Assembly (NCBI GenBank): GCA_902473545.1
Contig: CABRSG010000001.1
Span: forward strand, 1 to 38,276
DNA: 38,276 bases
Origin: an uncultured Lachnospiraceae bacterium
Lineage (GTDB): Bacteria > Bacillota > Clostridia > Lachnospirales > Lachnospiraceae
Direction: 5' to 3'
The number at the start of each line of letters is the position of its first letter. Position 1 is the stretch's first letter. The notes beneath the pieces are model-generated. The model saw nothing but the letters and a program-made list of their open reading frames with translations. It had not been told where the DNA came from and ran no database searches. This document shows positions 20,350 through 28,080 of the stretch, piece by piece. The translations under genes were made by a program, and so were the position numbers.

Positions 20350-20834
20350 AAATCATTTTGCTGATATACCTGGCGGCGGCCGCTGCCCGGGATATACGGA
20401 ACAGGCTGGTCGCACTGCACCCGGCGCTTATCATTGCCCTGCTCGGCGCAATGCTGCAGCTGGCGCCTACGCTCTGTGCCGGGAGCCCTGATGCAGGCTC
20501 TTTATACGGCGCGTTCCCGACAGATACAGCAGGAAGGATATTCAGAATGCTTCTATCCTGCCTCACCGGAACCCTGCCCGGCATCTTTTTGCTGACCGTA
20601 GGCTGGTCTACCAGGCAGCAGGTCGGTTACGGAGACGGCATCGTTCTGCTTGTCATAGGGATCTATCTGGGATTTTCCGCCAGCCTGAGCATCCTTCTGA
20701 CCGCTCTGCTACTCATTGCTCCGGTTTCTCTGTTTTATATCGTGTGCAGAAAAGCAGGGCGCAAAAAGCAGCTTCCGTTTGTTCCTTTTTTGTTTGCCGG
20801 ATATCTGCTGTGGCTCGCCGCGGAAATTTCCTGA
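20325..20834 (+). CDS. Prepilin peptidase, A24 family (TadV/CpaA-like)
   Basis: First Asp in AARDIR, GYGDG catalytic motif, LPFVPFL; start uncertain (20316/20325/20334). Confidence 0.85.
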   Translation: MFKMRWILKIILLIYLAAAAARDIRNRLVALHPALIIALLGAMLQLAPTLCAGSPDAGSLYGAFPTDTAGRIFRMLLSCLTGTLPGIFLLTVGWSTRQQVGYGDGIVLLVIGIYLGFSASLSILLTALLLIAPVSLFYIVCRKAGRKKQLPFVPFLFAGYLLWLAAEIS

Positions 20835-20976
20835 CGCCGTTTCTTTGGATAGCAGCTTCTCCGCCGCGCAGGCCGATATATACAACAGCATTTATGCAAT
20901 ATGTACAGCACCATTTATTCCCGCGAGCAACGAGCCAGGCGGATGTGCCCGTGCATCCATTTGGCAACTGCCGCAA

Positions 20977-21053
20977 GGATCAAATACCACGCCCCTTGGG
21001 GCGGAATGAACAAGCCAGGTCATGCCCCGCAACCTGCTGCGGGGTATTGGACT
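20977..21053 (+). repeat. Dispersed ~78-bp two-hairpin element, family B, copy 1
   Basis: 62 of 79 aligned columns identical to 24397-24475; hairpins cgccc-cttg-gggcg and ccccgca...tgcgggg; terminal inverted repeats. Confidence 0.85.
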
Positions 21054-21078
21054 ACAAAACAACGAAAAGAGGTCTTTC

Positions 21079-21540
21079 ATGAAGATATTAAAACATACTA
21101 CGGTTTCCGGAAGCCATACTATTGAAGCTTCTCTTTTGATGAGCATCCTTCTTCCGCTTCTGGTTGGAATTATTTATATGGGCTTTTTTCTGCATGACCG
21201 CAGCTTTCTGCAGTGCGCGGCACACGAAGCTGCCTCCTATGCCAGCCTGCACGCCGACGACAAAAATGCGGATGTTTCAGCAGCCGCTCAAAAGCTGATA
21301 ACAGGCAGAACACTCGGTACGTCAGACATTTCCGCAAACGCTGCGGCAAGCGCGCGCCAGATTCAGGTAACGTATAACGGCACATTTTCTTTTCCAGGTC
21401 TTTCCGTTCCCTTCTTTGGCCAGTCCGCAGCGACTGTCAGATCCGGCGTCACGCTGAATCTGGAGCGTCCCTCCCGGCGCATACAGAAAATCCGCGGCAC
21501 TTCAAAGGTGATCAACGCTCTCAGGAGGAATAGAGAATGA
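21079..21540 (+). CDS. TadE-family minor pilin
   Basis: ATG 21079 after AAGAGG; G|SHTIEASLLM plus TM, LHDR...AAHEAA TadE pattern. Confidence 0.82.
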   Translation: MKILKHTTVSGSHTIEASLLMSILLPLLVGIIYMGFFLHDRSFLQCAAHEAASYASLHADDKNADVSAAAQKLITGRTLGTSDISANAAASARQIQVTYNGTFSFPGLSVPFFGQSAATVRSGVTLNLERPSRRIQKIRGTSKVINALRRNRE

Positions 21541-23327
21541 ACATTTCATACAAACACGACATGACGCACAATTATATGGTTCCGGATTTGACCGACGGCA
21601 TCTGTGAGGATGACTACCGCATTCATATGCTGATGGAAAATCACATCCGCGGTCTGCTTCCCTGCAGTCTGAAAAAAATTAACTGCCGCAGTCATTTTTT
21701 CTACGATATTACCTCACGTCAGTCTATGGAACATATTTATAACAGCCGCTTTCTGAATACTGCGGACATCCGCACGCTTCTGCGCGGTCTGTACCGCGCC
21801 TTAAAAGAAGTAAAAAAATATCTTCTGGACGTCGACCGGATTGTGCTGCAGCCGGATATGATCTATATGGATATCGAATCAAGGGAGCCGTTTTTCTGCT
21901 ACCTTCCAGGATACCAAAACGATCTGCTGCAGTCTTTCCGGGAGCTTACCGCTTATCTGCTGGAACATCTGGATCAGACGGACAATTCCGCTGTGCTGCT
22001 CGGATACGAAATCTACCGGAAAGCACGCATTGAAAACTACAGCCTGGAACGGCTGCTCCAGGAAGCAGGTCGGCCGGAAGCTGACAACACCTTGCGTCAG
22101 AATTGCCGCTCAGACACCACACCGCACAAATATAATGCCAAACCGCCTTACCAGGCCTCCGAATCCCGTAAATATCATGTTAATACGCCTTACCAGGTCT
22201 CCGAATCCCGTGAATATGATGTCGATACTCCTTCCACTCCCTATGCTACCATAGCAGAGCACAGCGAAGCGTTCCCTGTATCTCCCTCTGACTCTCCCAA
22301 AAAGAAGCAGGCGGCAAAAAAGACCACAGCGTCGAAAAAAGAAAAGTCCAAGAAAAGGGCTCCAGGGAAAAGCCCGTCTGCAAACGGGAATGCCTCTAAC
22401 CGTATTTTCCTTGTTGTCTGCTTTATTTTCTCTATTTTTCTTGCATTGATTGCCATGTGGCTCTGGAAGCTGGACACCACTCAGATCGGCGGTATTATAT
22501 TCCTGCTGATCGGGCTTTTGGCTTATGGTCTTTCACTGGAAAGCAAAAAGAAAAAGGGAGAAGAAAAGCATGAGGATACCTCCCTCTCCGATGCAATGGA
22601 AGATTTTCAGGAGGAGCCTTACCATGAGGAAGTCCTTCCCTCCAAAGAAAGCAAGCCGGCACGGGGAAGCTCCCGGAAAAAAAGCTCTGCCCGTACACAT
22701 GACGAACCTCCTGCGTATTATGAAGCCTCCCATGTATCCGAACCTGTGGCACGCTATGAAGCCTCCCATATATCCAAACCTGCGGCACGCTATGAAACCT
22801 CTCAATTATCCGAACCTGCGGCACGCTATGAAGCCTCTCATTTATCCGAACCTGCGGCACGCTATAAAACCTCCCATGTATCCGAACCTGTGGCACACTA
22901 TGAAACCTCCCATGTATCTGAATCTCCTGCATATCGGTATCATACAGATTGTATGCAAATGGACAACGGAAAAAAACATCGGCTTGGCGACACTGGTGTG
23001 CTTTACGAGGAAAACGGCGATTACGACCCTCACCTTGTTCTGATCAGCATGGATCCCCGCCGCAGGGATAGCATTGTCCTGGAGGATGACTGTTATATTA
23101 TCGGAAAGCTTTCTTCAGAATCCGATATTGTGCTGGAGCATTCTTCTGTGAGCCGCATTCATGCTAAAATCGAGCGATATGCAAACGACTATTACCTCTG
23201 CGATATGAACTCTACAAACGGCACTTTTTTAAATGGCCAGCGGCTTTCCATCAAAGATCCTGTTAAAATCCAGCCCAATGACGAAATAGCGTTTGCACGG
23301 GTGCGCTTCCGCGTGGGGATATGCTAG
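21537..23327 (+). CDS. DUF6382-type N-terminal domain, 2 TM, repeat linker and C-terminal FHA domain protein
   Basis: YRIHMLMENHIRGLLPC...FFYDITSRQS N-domain; FHA motifs IIGK, SVSRIHA, DMNSTNGTFLNG; ATGA overlap with tadE. Confidence 0.85.
   Translation: MNISYKHDMTHNYMVPDLTDGICEDDYRIHMLMENHIRGLLPCSLKKINCRSHFFYDITSRQSMEHIYNSRFLNTADIRTLLRGLYRALKEVKKYLLDVDRIVLQPDMIYMDIESREPFFCYLPGYQNDLLQSFRELTAYLLEHLDQTDNSAVLLGYEIYRKARIENYSLERLLQEAGRPEADNTLRQNCRSDTTPHKYNAKPPYQASESRKYHVNTPYQVSESREYDVDTPSTPYATIAEHSEAFPVSPSDSPKKKQAAKKTTASKKEKSKKRAPGKSPSANGNASNRIFLVVCFIFSIFLALIAMWLWKLDTTQIGGIIFLLIGLLAYGLSLESKKKKGEEKHEDTSLSDAMEDFQEEPYHEEVLPSKESKPARGSSRKKSSARTHDEPPAYYEASHVSEPVARYEASHISKPAARYETSQLSEPAARYEASHLSEPAARYKTSHVSEPVAHYETSHVSESPAYRYHTDCMQMDNGKKHRLGDTGVLYEENGDYDPHLVLISMDPRRRDSIVLEDDCYIIGKLSSESDIVLEHSSVSRIHAKIERYANDYYLCDMNSTNGTFLNGQRLSIKDPVKIQPNDEIAFARVRFRVGIC
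22128..22235 (+). repeat. 42-bp in-frame tandem repeat, about 2.5 copies
   Basis: KYNAKPPYQASESR / KYHVNTPYQVSESR / EYDVDTP; units at 22128, 22170, 22212. Confidence 0.85.
22704..22934 (+). repeat. 36-bp in-frame tandem repeat, 6 copies plus a partial (YEASHVSEPVAR)
   Basis: Units at 22719, 22755, 22791, 22827, 22863, 22899. Confidence 0.95.
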
Positions 23328-23402
23328 AAAAACTCTTTTGACTGTTTCCAAAAAACTATTTTGTCTCATTGGACATCTGGAAATTTTTCCCGTTGGGCAA
23401 TT

Positions 23403-23443
23403 CGAGGATGCTCTTCCTGCACTGATACAAAAGAGCATCCTCG
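23403..23443. terminator. Hairpin between convergent FHA and DMT genes
   Basis: Perfect 13-bp arms cgaggatgctctt / aagagcatcctcg. Confidence 0.65.
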
Positions 23444-23467
23444 TTCATATTCTTACAGACGGATTAT

Positions 23468-24334
23468 TCACACGTCCCGCTTCCGGTTATACAGGAACAT
23501 AAAGAAGGACGCCGCAATAATCAGTCCATACCCGACAAAGCTGTACGCATCCGGGACTTCTCCAAATATCAGAAAGCCCAGAATCGTCGCAAAAATAATC
23601 TGCGAATAATCGTAAATTGAAATTTTCCTTGCCGGCGCATAAGTATATGCGGCTGTAATCGAAAACTGACCGCCAGCGGCAAATAATCCGGCAAGCAGAA
23701 GCGTTCCAATCTGCATTGCACTCATAGGCACAAAGTTTAATGCCATCCAGGGGATAACACACAGACAGGAAAACAGGGAAAAATAAAATACAATAACCGG
23801 CCCCTTTAAGCCCTGCGTACCCAGCTTTCGCACCATGGTATATGCAATTCCGGCCCCAAGACCGCCGCACACCCCGACCATTGCAGGAATGAACGCCGCA
23901 TTCTGGAATCCCGGTTTTACAATAAACAAACAGCCCACAAACGCAAGCGCCACACAGGCAGCCTGAATATGCGTTATTTTCTCTTTCAGCAGAAAAAATG
24001 AAAACAAAATTGCAAAAAACGGAGACAGCTTATTTAAAATAGAAGCATCCGCCACCATCAAGTGATCCACAGCATAAAAATTGCAGAGGATCCCTGCCGT
24101 ACCAAACACGCACCGCATTGCCAGCGGAATACAGCACTCTCTGTCAATCTTCAGCGATGTATGGTTTTTCGCGATCACAATCCCCGCAAATACTGCCGCC
24201 ACAAAATTGCGGAAAAAGCTCTTCTGTACAAACGGCAGATCCCCGGATAACCGTACACATACATTCATACACGCAAAACAAAACGCCGACAAAATAATCA
24301 TCAGCATTCCACGTACATAATTTTCTTTATTCAC
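23468..24334 (-). CDS. DMT/EamA-family transporter
   Basis: About 10 TM segments in two EamA halves, FFLLKEKI, IFGEVPD; GTG start after GGAGG. Confidence 0.9.
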   Translation of the reverse strand: MNKENYVRGMLMIILSAFCFACMNVCVRLSGDLPFVQKSFFRNFVAAVFAGIVIAKNHTSLKIDRECCIPLAMRCVFGTAGILCNFYAVDHLMVADASILNKLSPFFAILFSFFLLKEKITHIQAACVALAFVGCLFIVKPGFQNAAFIPAMVGVCGGLGAGIAYTMVRKLGTQGLKGPVIVFYFSLFSCLCVIPWMALNFVPMSAMQIGTLLLAGLFAAGGQFSITAAYTYAPARKISIYDYSQIIFATILGFLIFGEVPDAYSFVGYGLIIAASFFMFLYNRKRDV

Positions 24335-24396
24335 AGCTCATTCCTCCCGTTGCCCTGTCATATCTGCATCCGCTTTCGCTGGCCTTTTTCCCGCCA

Positions 24397-24475
24397 GGGT
24401 CAAATCCCCCGCCCCCTTGGAGCGTGAAAGAACAAACCAGCTCATGCCCCGAAGCTTACTGCAGTGGATTTGACT
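24397..24475 (+). repeat. Dispersed ~78-bp element, family B, copy 2 (overlaps ycaQ stop codon)
   Basis: Perfect 9-bp terminal inverted repeat gtcaaatcc/ggatttgac; homologous to 20977-21053. Confidence 0.85.
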
Positions 24476-25673
24476 TATCCTGCCTGGCAACATTCCCGCA
24501 TTCATTGAAGCGCGCAAAACGCCTCATACATTTATCAACTGCAGCCGCCAATGTTTTATTCTGCTTTACGCCATCCTCATACCAGATATTTTTCACGATC
24601 AGCGTATCCGTCTTTTTGTCTGCTGCTATCTCCGCCCTTCCCGCAAATTTATCTCCATAGATCACAGGCAGCACATAAAAACCATATTTCCGCTTTTCGG
24701 CAGGCGTATAGATTTCCCAGGTATAATCAAAGCCAAACAATGCCTTTATCAGCTTCCGATCCCACATCATACAGTCCAGCGGGGCGAGAAGCTCACAGCG
24801 CGGAGCATATGATGCCTTCTGCCGCACGATATCCAGCAGCGGCAGGTCCTCGCTTCTGCAATATAAAATATTTTTGATCCCCTCCGCCTTTACTTCTGCA
24901 ATTTTTTCTTCCTCCAATAGCCGCCGGAATATTTCATCGCGCTGCGGCGCTTTCAGATTCCAGATATTCAGCCAGGCATCCGACGGACGGTTCCACAAAA
25001 GCCCAACCGCTCCAATGCGGCGCAGCACACGCCATTTTTGATGTGCAAATTCCTCCGGCAGCGGATCATCCGCATTCAGAATATCGGATGAAATATGTTT
25101 TTCCGCAAGATCGTAGGTTTTCCGCGAACCGTTTTTACTGTAGATAACCAATTCTCCGGTGGAGTATAACTGCTCCAGAACTGCCCGCGCGGCGTTCGTC
25201 TGCCCACCCCAGTTTCCGCTCCAGTGGATATGAGAATGCCAGAACATAGTACCGGAAACCGGCAGTGTATCGGAGCTGACCGGTCCGTTTTGCGCTATGT
25301 AGTCCAGCGTCTTTCGTTCCAGCTCCGCCAGACCTTCAAAGCTGCGTCCGCCCTCTCTTGCTGCCTGCCGGTATCTCAAAAAATACGGAAAATCCTCTGT
25401 CAGAATAATCGACAAATTTTTATCGGGATAGTCCAACAGCGCCCGATCCTTATATAAAAGCTCATAAAGCGTCTGCTTGCGAAATCCCTTCACTCTGGAC
25501 TGCAGCGTAAGCTCCGCGTTTTTACCGCAGACATCCACCGGATCAAACTGGATGCAGCCCGCCTGTCTGATAAAATCCAGCGCTCCCTCTTTCCCGGAAA
25601 ATTTATAGCTGCCAAGCAGTCCGTGCTTTAATAACAAAAACTGCCGCGCCTGTAAATTCGATAATGTTACCAT
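24456..25673 (-). CDS. ycaQ: YcaQ/AlkZ-family (HTH_42) interstrand-crosslink repair DNA glycosylase
   Basis: IQFDP (QxD catalytic motif), LQSRV, LLAPLD..MWDR, EIYTP..KRKYGFYVLP. Confidence 0.85.
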   Translation of the reverse strand: MVTLSNLQARQFLLLKHGLLGSYKFSGKEGALDFIRQAGCIQFDPVDVCGKNAELTLQSRVKGFRKQTLYELLYKDRALLDYPDKNLSIILTEDFPYFLRYRQAAREGGRSFEGLAELERKTLDYIAQNGPVSSDTLPVSGTMFWHSHIHWSGNWGGQTNAARAVLEQLYSTGELVIYSKNGSRKTYDLAEKHISSDILNADDPLPEEFAHQKWRVLRRIGAVGLLWNRPSDAWLNIWNLKAPQRDEIFRRLLEEEKIAEVKAEGIKNILYCRSEDLPLLDIVRQKASYAPRCELLAPLDCMMWDRKLIKALFGFDYTWEIYTPAEKRKYGFYVLPVIYGDKFAGRAEIAADKKTDTLIVKNIWYEDGVKQNKTLAAAVDKCMRRFARFNECGNVARQDKSNPLQ

Positions 25674-25703
25674 CGCTCATCCTCGCCTTATATACCGTTT
25701 TCC

Positions 25704-25814
25704 GTTTGCACAGTCCCCCGATCAGGTTCTTTTCTTTCCTGTTACGCAGTTCCCTCAATCAGCTTCTTTTGCTTCCTGTTACGCAGTTCCCTCAACCAGG
25801 TTCTTGCGCTTCCA
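25704..25814. repeat. 37-bp tandem triplication of the MATE gene 3' end
   Basis: Units 25704-25740, 25741-25777, 25778-25814; the last contains the MATE stop codon. Confidence 0.85.
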
Positions 25815-27140
25815 GTTTCCTGTGCGGTACCAGAAATAGGAGATCAGGAAATTAACCAGCCAGCCCAGCGGAACGGCGTACCAGATAACCTCGATTCCAA
25901 AAACCGGAGAACCGAGCTGAGCAACCATTACACGAATACACAAATTAATCAGATTCGCAGCCATATATACCTTCACATCTCCGGAAGCGCGGAGAATACC
26001 GTCGGTAGTCGCCTTCATGCCAAGAAATGCAAAGAACCATCCGACGAAACGAAAATAAGCCGCTCCCGTAGAAAACGCAACCGGCGACACACTTTCTTTT
26101 ACAAAGATCGAAACGATCGGACGGTAAAAAAGCTGTGAAACGATAATCAACACCGCCCCAAAGCCAACCACAATTTTTGCCGCCGCATGATAGCCTTCAA
26201 CCACCCGCTTATGCCGCTTTGCCCCCAGATTCTGCGCAGCAAAGGTAGACATTGCGTTTCCGGTGGCGATCATCGGAACAATGCACAGGGACTCCAGACG
26301 CATCCCGGCAGAATATCCGGCGAGCGCAGAAGAGCCAAACTGATTCACCGCCGACTGTGTGAGCAGCATTCCAATGCTGACAATCGACTGCTGCACGATA
26401 GAGGGTATTGCGATCTTCACACCATTTGAAAACATTCCGGTATCAAATGCCGCCGGGCTGGTATCCGATTTGTAATTCTTCAGCAAACGCATCAGAATAA
26501 CAAAGGAAATTACAGAGGAAACGCCCTGCGCGATTACCGTGGCAATCGCCACTCCGGCAACTCCCAGACGGAACCCATTTACCATCCAGAGATCCAGCGC
26601 GATATTCAAAAGCGATGAAAAAATCAGCAGCGCCAGCGGAATATTTGACCGCCCAAGTGCATTAAAATCCGCCGAAAGCACGTTGTACATAAACATAAAC
26701 GGCAGGCCGATAAAATAAATCTGCAGGTACAGCACGGCGTCGTCGTATATATTTTCCGGCGTGCCAAGCACCCTGAGAATATGCGGATTGCAGAAGAATC
26801 CAAACGCTGCCAGCAAAATACTGAACACACCGAACGTAACCAGAAACGTATAAATTGCTGTTTTCATTTCCCGGTATTTTTCTGCTCCGAGGTACTGACT
26901 TGCCAGCACCGAGGCGCCGATTCCTCCGCCGATCGCTATCATGATAAAAACCGTCGTGAAGGAGTACGACGCTCCTACCGCCGCAAGCGCATCTTCACCA
27001 ACATAATTACCCACGATTATGGAATCCGCCATGTTGTAAAACTGCTGGAACAGATTTCCGATAATCATGGGTAATGCAAATACAAACAAGGATTTCCCCG
27101 GATTCCCATGAATCAGATCCAGATTCTTTCCCAAAAGCAT
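25779..27140 (-). CDS. MATE-family efflux transporter
   Basis: FALPMIIGNLFQQFYNMADSIIVG..VGEDALAAVG, AQNLGA, WYRTGNWK; likely start ATG 27140. Confidence 0.93.
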   Translation of the reverse strand: MLLGKNLDLIHGNPGKSLFVFALPMIIGNLFQQFYNMADSIIVGNYVGEDALAAVGASYSFTTVFIMIAIGGGIGASVLASQYLGAEKYREMKTAIYTFLVTFGVFSILLAAFGFFCNPHILRVLGTPENIYDDAVLYLQIYFIGLPFMFMYNVLSADFNALGRSNIPLALLIFSSLLNIALDLWMVNGFRLGVAGVAIATVIAQGVSSVISFVILMRLLKNYKSDTSPAAFDTGMFSNGVKIAIPSIVQQSIVSIGMLLTQSAVNQFGSSALAGYSAGMRLESLCIVPMIATGNAMSTFAAQNLGAKRHKRVVEGYHAAAKIVVGFGAVLIIVSQLFYRPIVSIFVKESVSPVAFSTGAAYFRFVGWFFAFLGMKATTDGILRASGDVKVYMAANLINLCIRVMVAQLGSPVFGIEVIWYAVPLGWLVNFLISYFWYRTGNWKRKNLVEGTA

Positions 27141-27216
27141 TCCCTTCTTTCTGCAGTTCAACCTGCATTTCTTATTTTAGCAAAGAAGGAAATTGAATAC
27201 AAGGGGGAACCCTTAT

Positions 27217-27981
27217 TTAAAATTCTGCGGCTGCCCTGTCCGCACGGAGCGCAGCAGGATTATAATACTTCTTATAATCAGCAAACATCAGATATTCCGG
27301 TTCTTCGTCCTCCGTCACATCCGGTATCCGCTTGCCGTTCGTATAAAAGCGGTTGTCAATATTGTCATCATTGGTAGCGGACACTTCAAACAAAATCACA
27401 TCGCCAGTGCCGGGAACCCCCTGCCACTGGTGATATTGCCCCGGTGCAATGGAAATAGACTGACCGGGCTTCAAAATAATCTTTCCGCCTGCGGGAACCG
27501 TCACTTTTTTCCCATCTATCACGGTATGCACCTCTGTATCGGCAAACTTTCCCGGTGTGTTTGTCCGCCCTCCCTTAACGTCAGCAAAATCCTCATCGGT
27601 GCAATTATATACCGTAATTTCCAGATTTCCTCCTCCGCGATTAATAATATCCTCCCGTTTGTACCAATGATAATGAAAAGGAAGGATCTGTCCGTCTCTC
27701 ACAAAAAGAATCTTCTCCGCATAATTTTTCGGATACTTTTCCGGAAAATGATAATTTCCGTTCCGAAATGTAAATACAGAAAGTCCCGTCTTTTCAAAAT
27801 CCCCATACCCGAAATCGGTAACATCCCATCCAAGCATATTATCTATGATTTCCGCTTCGCTCTCATCTACTGTCCGCCAATGTTCCGGCGTATAATAGGC
27901 AAAAGGCGGTAGCGGAAATTTGTTTTCCCGCAAGACTCTCATCACATAAAGAATTGCTGCATTTATTTCTGATCGTTTCAT
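27217..27981 (-). CDS. D-lyxose/D-mannose family sugar isomerase (cupin)
   Basis: MKRSEIN, LGWDVTDFG, FTFRNG, YAEK, PFHYHWYKREDIINRGGG, EVSATNDD..DNRF. Confidence 0.9.
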   Translation of the reverse strand: MKRSEINAAILYVMRVLRENKFPLPPFAYYTPEHWRTVDESEAEIIDNMLGWDVTDFGYGDFEKTGLSVFTFRNGNYHFPEKYPKNYAEKILFVRDGQILPFHYHWYKREDIINRGGGNLEITVYNCTDEDFADVKGGRTNTPGKFADTEVHTVIDGKKVTVPAGGKIILKPGQSISIAPGQYHQWQGVPGTGDVILFEVSATNDDNIDNRFYTNGKRIPDVTEDEEPEYLMFADYKKYYNPAALRADRAAAEF

Positions 27982-28080
27982 GTCATCCCTCTTTTTCCAA
28001 ATTTCCATATCTTTTGAAGCACAAAGCGTCCGTCCAGCCAAAGCATCCGAATTACGGATGCCTTGATGGACATTATTCTT

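Noticed and set aside
22704..22934. CRISPR array (36-bp periodicity)
   Set aside because: Units are contiguous with no unique spacers, stay in frame inside a CDS, and no cas genes are present
20934..28070. Third repeat family from ggatgc/gcatcc-containing hairpins near 20941, 23403 and 28043
   Set aside because: The shared sequence is only about 6 bp and arm order differs; consistent with independent hairpins
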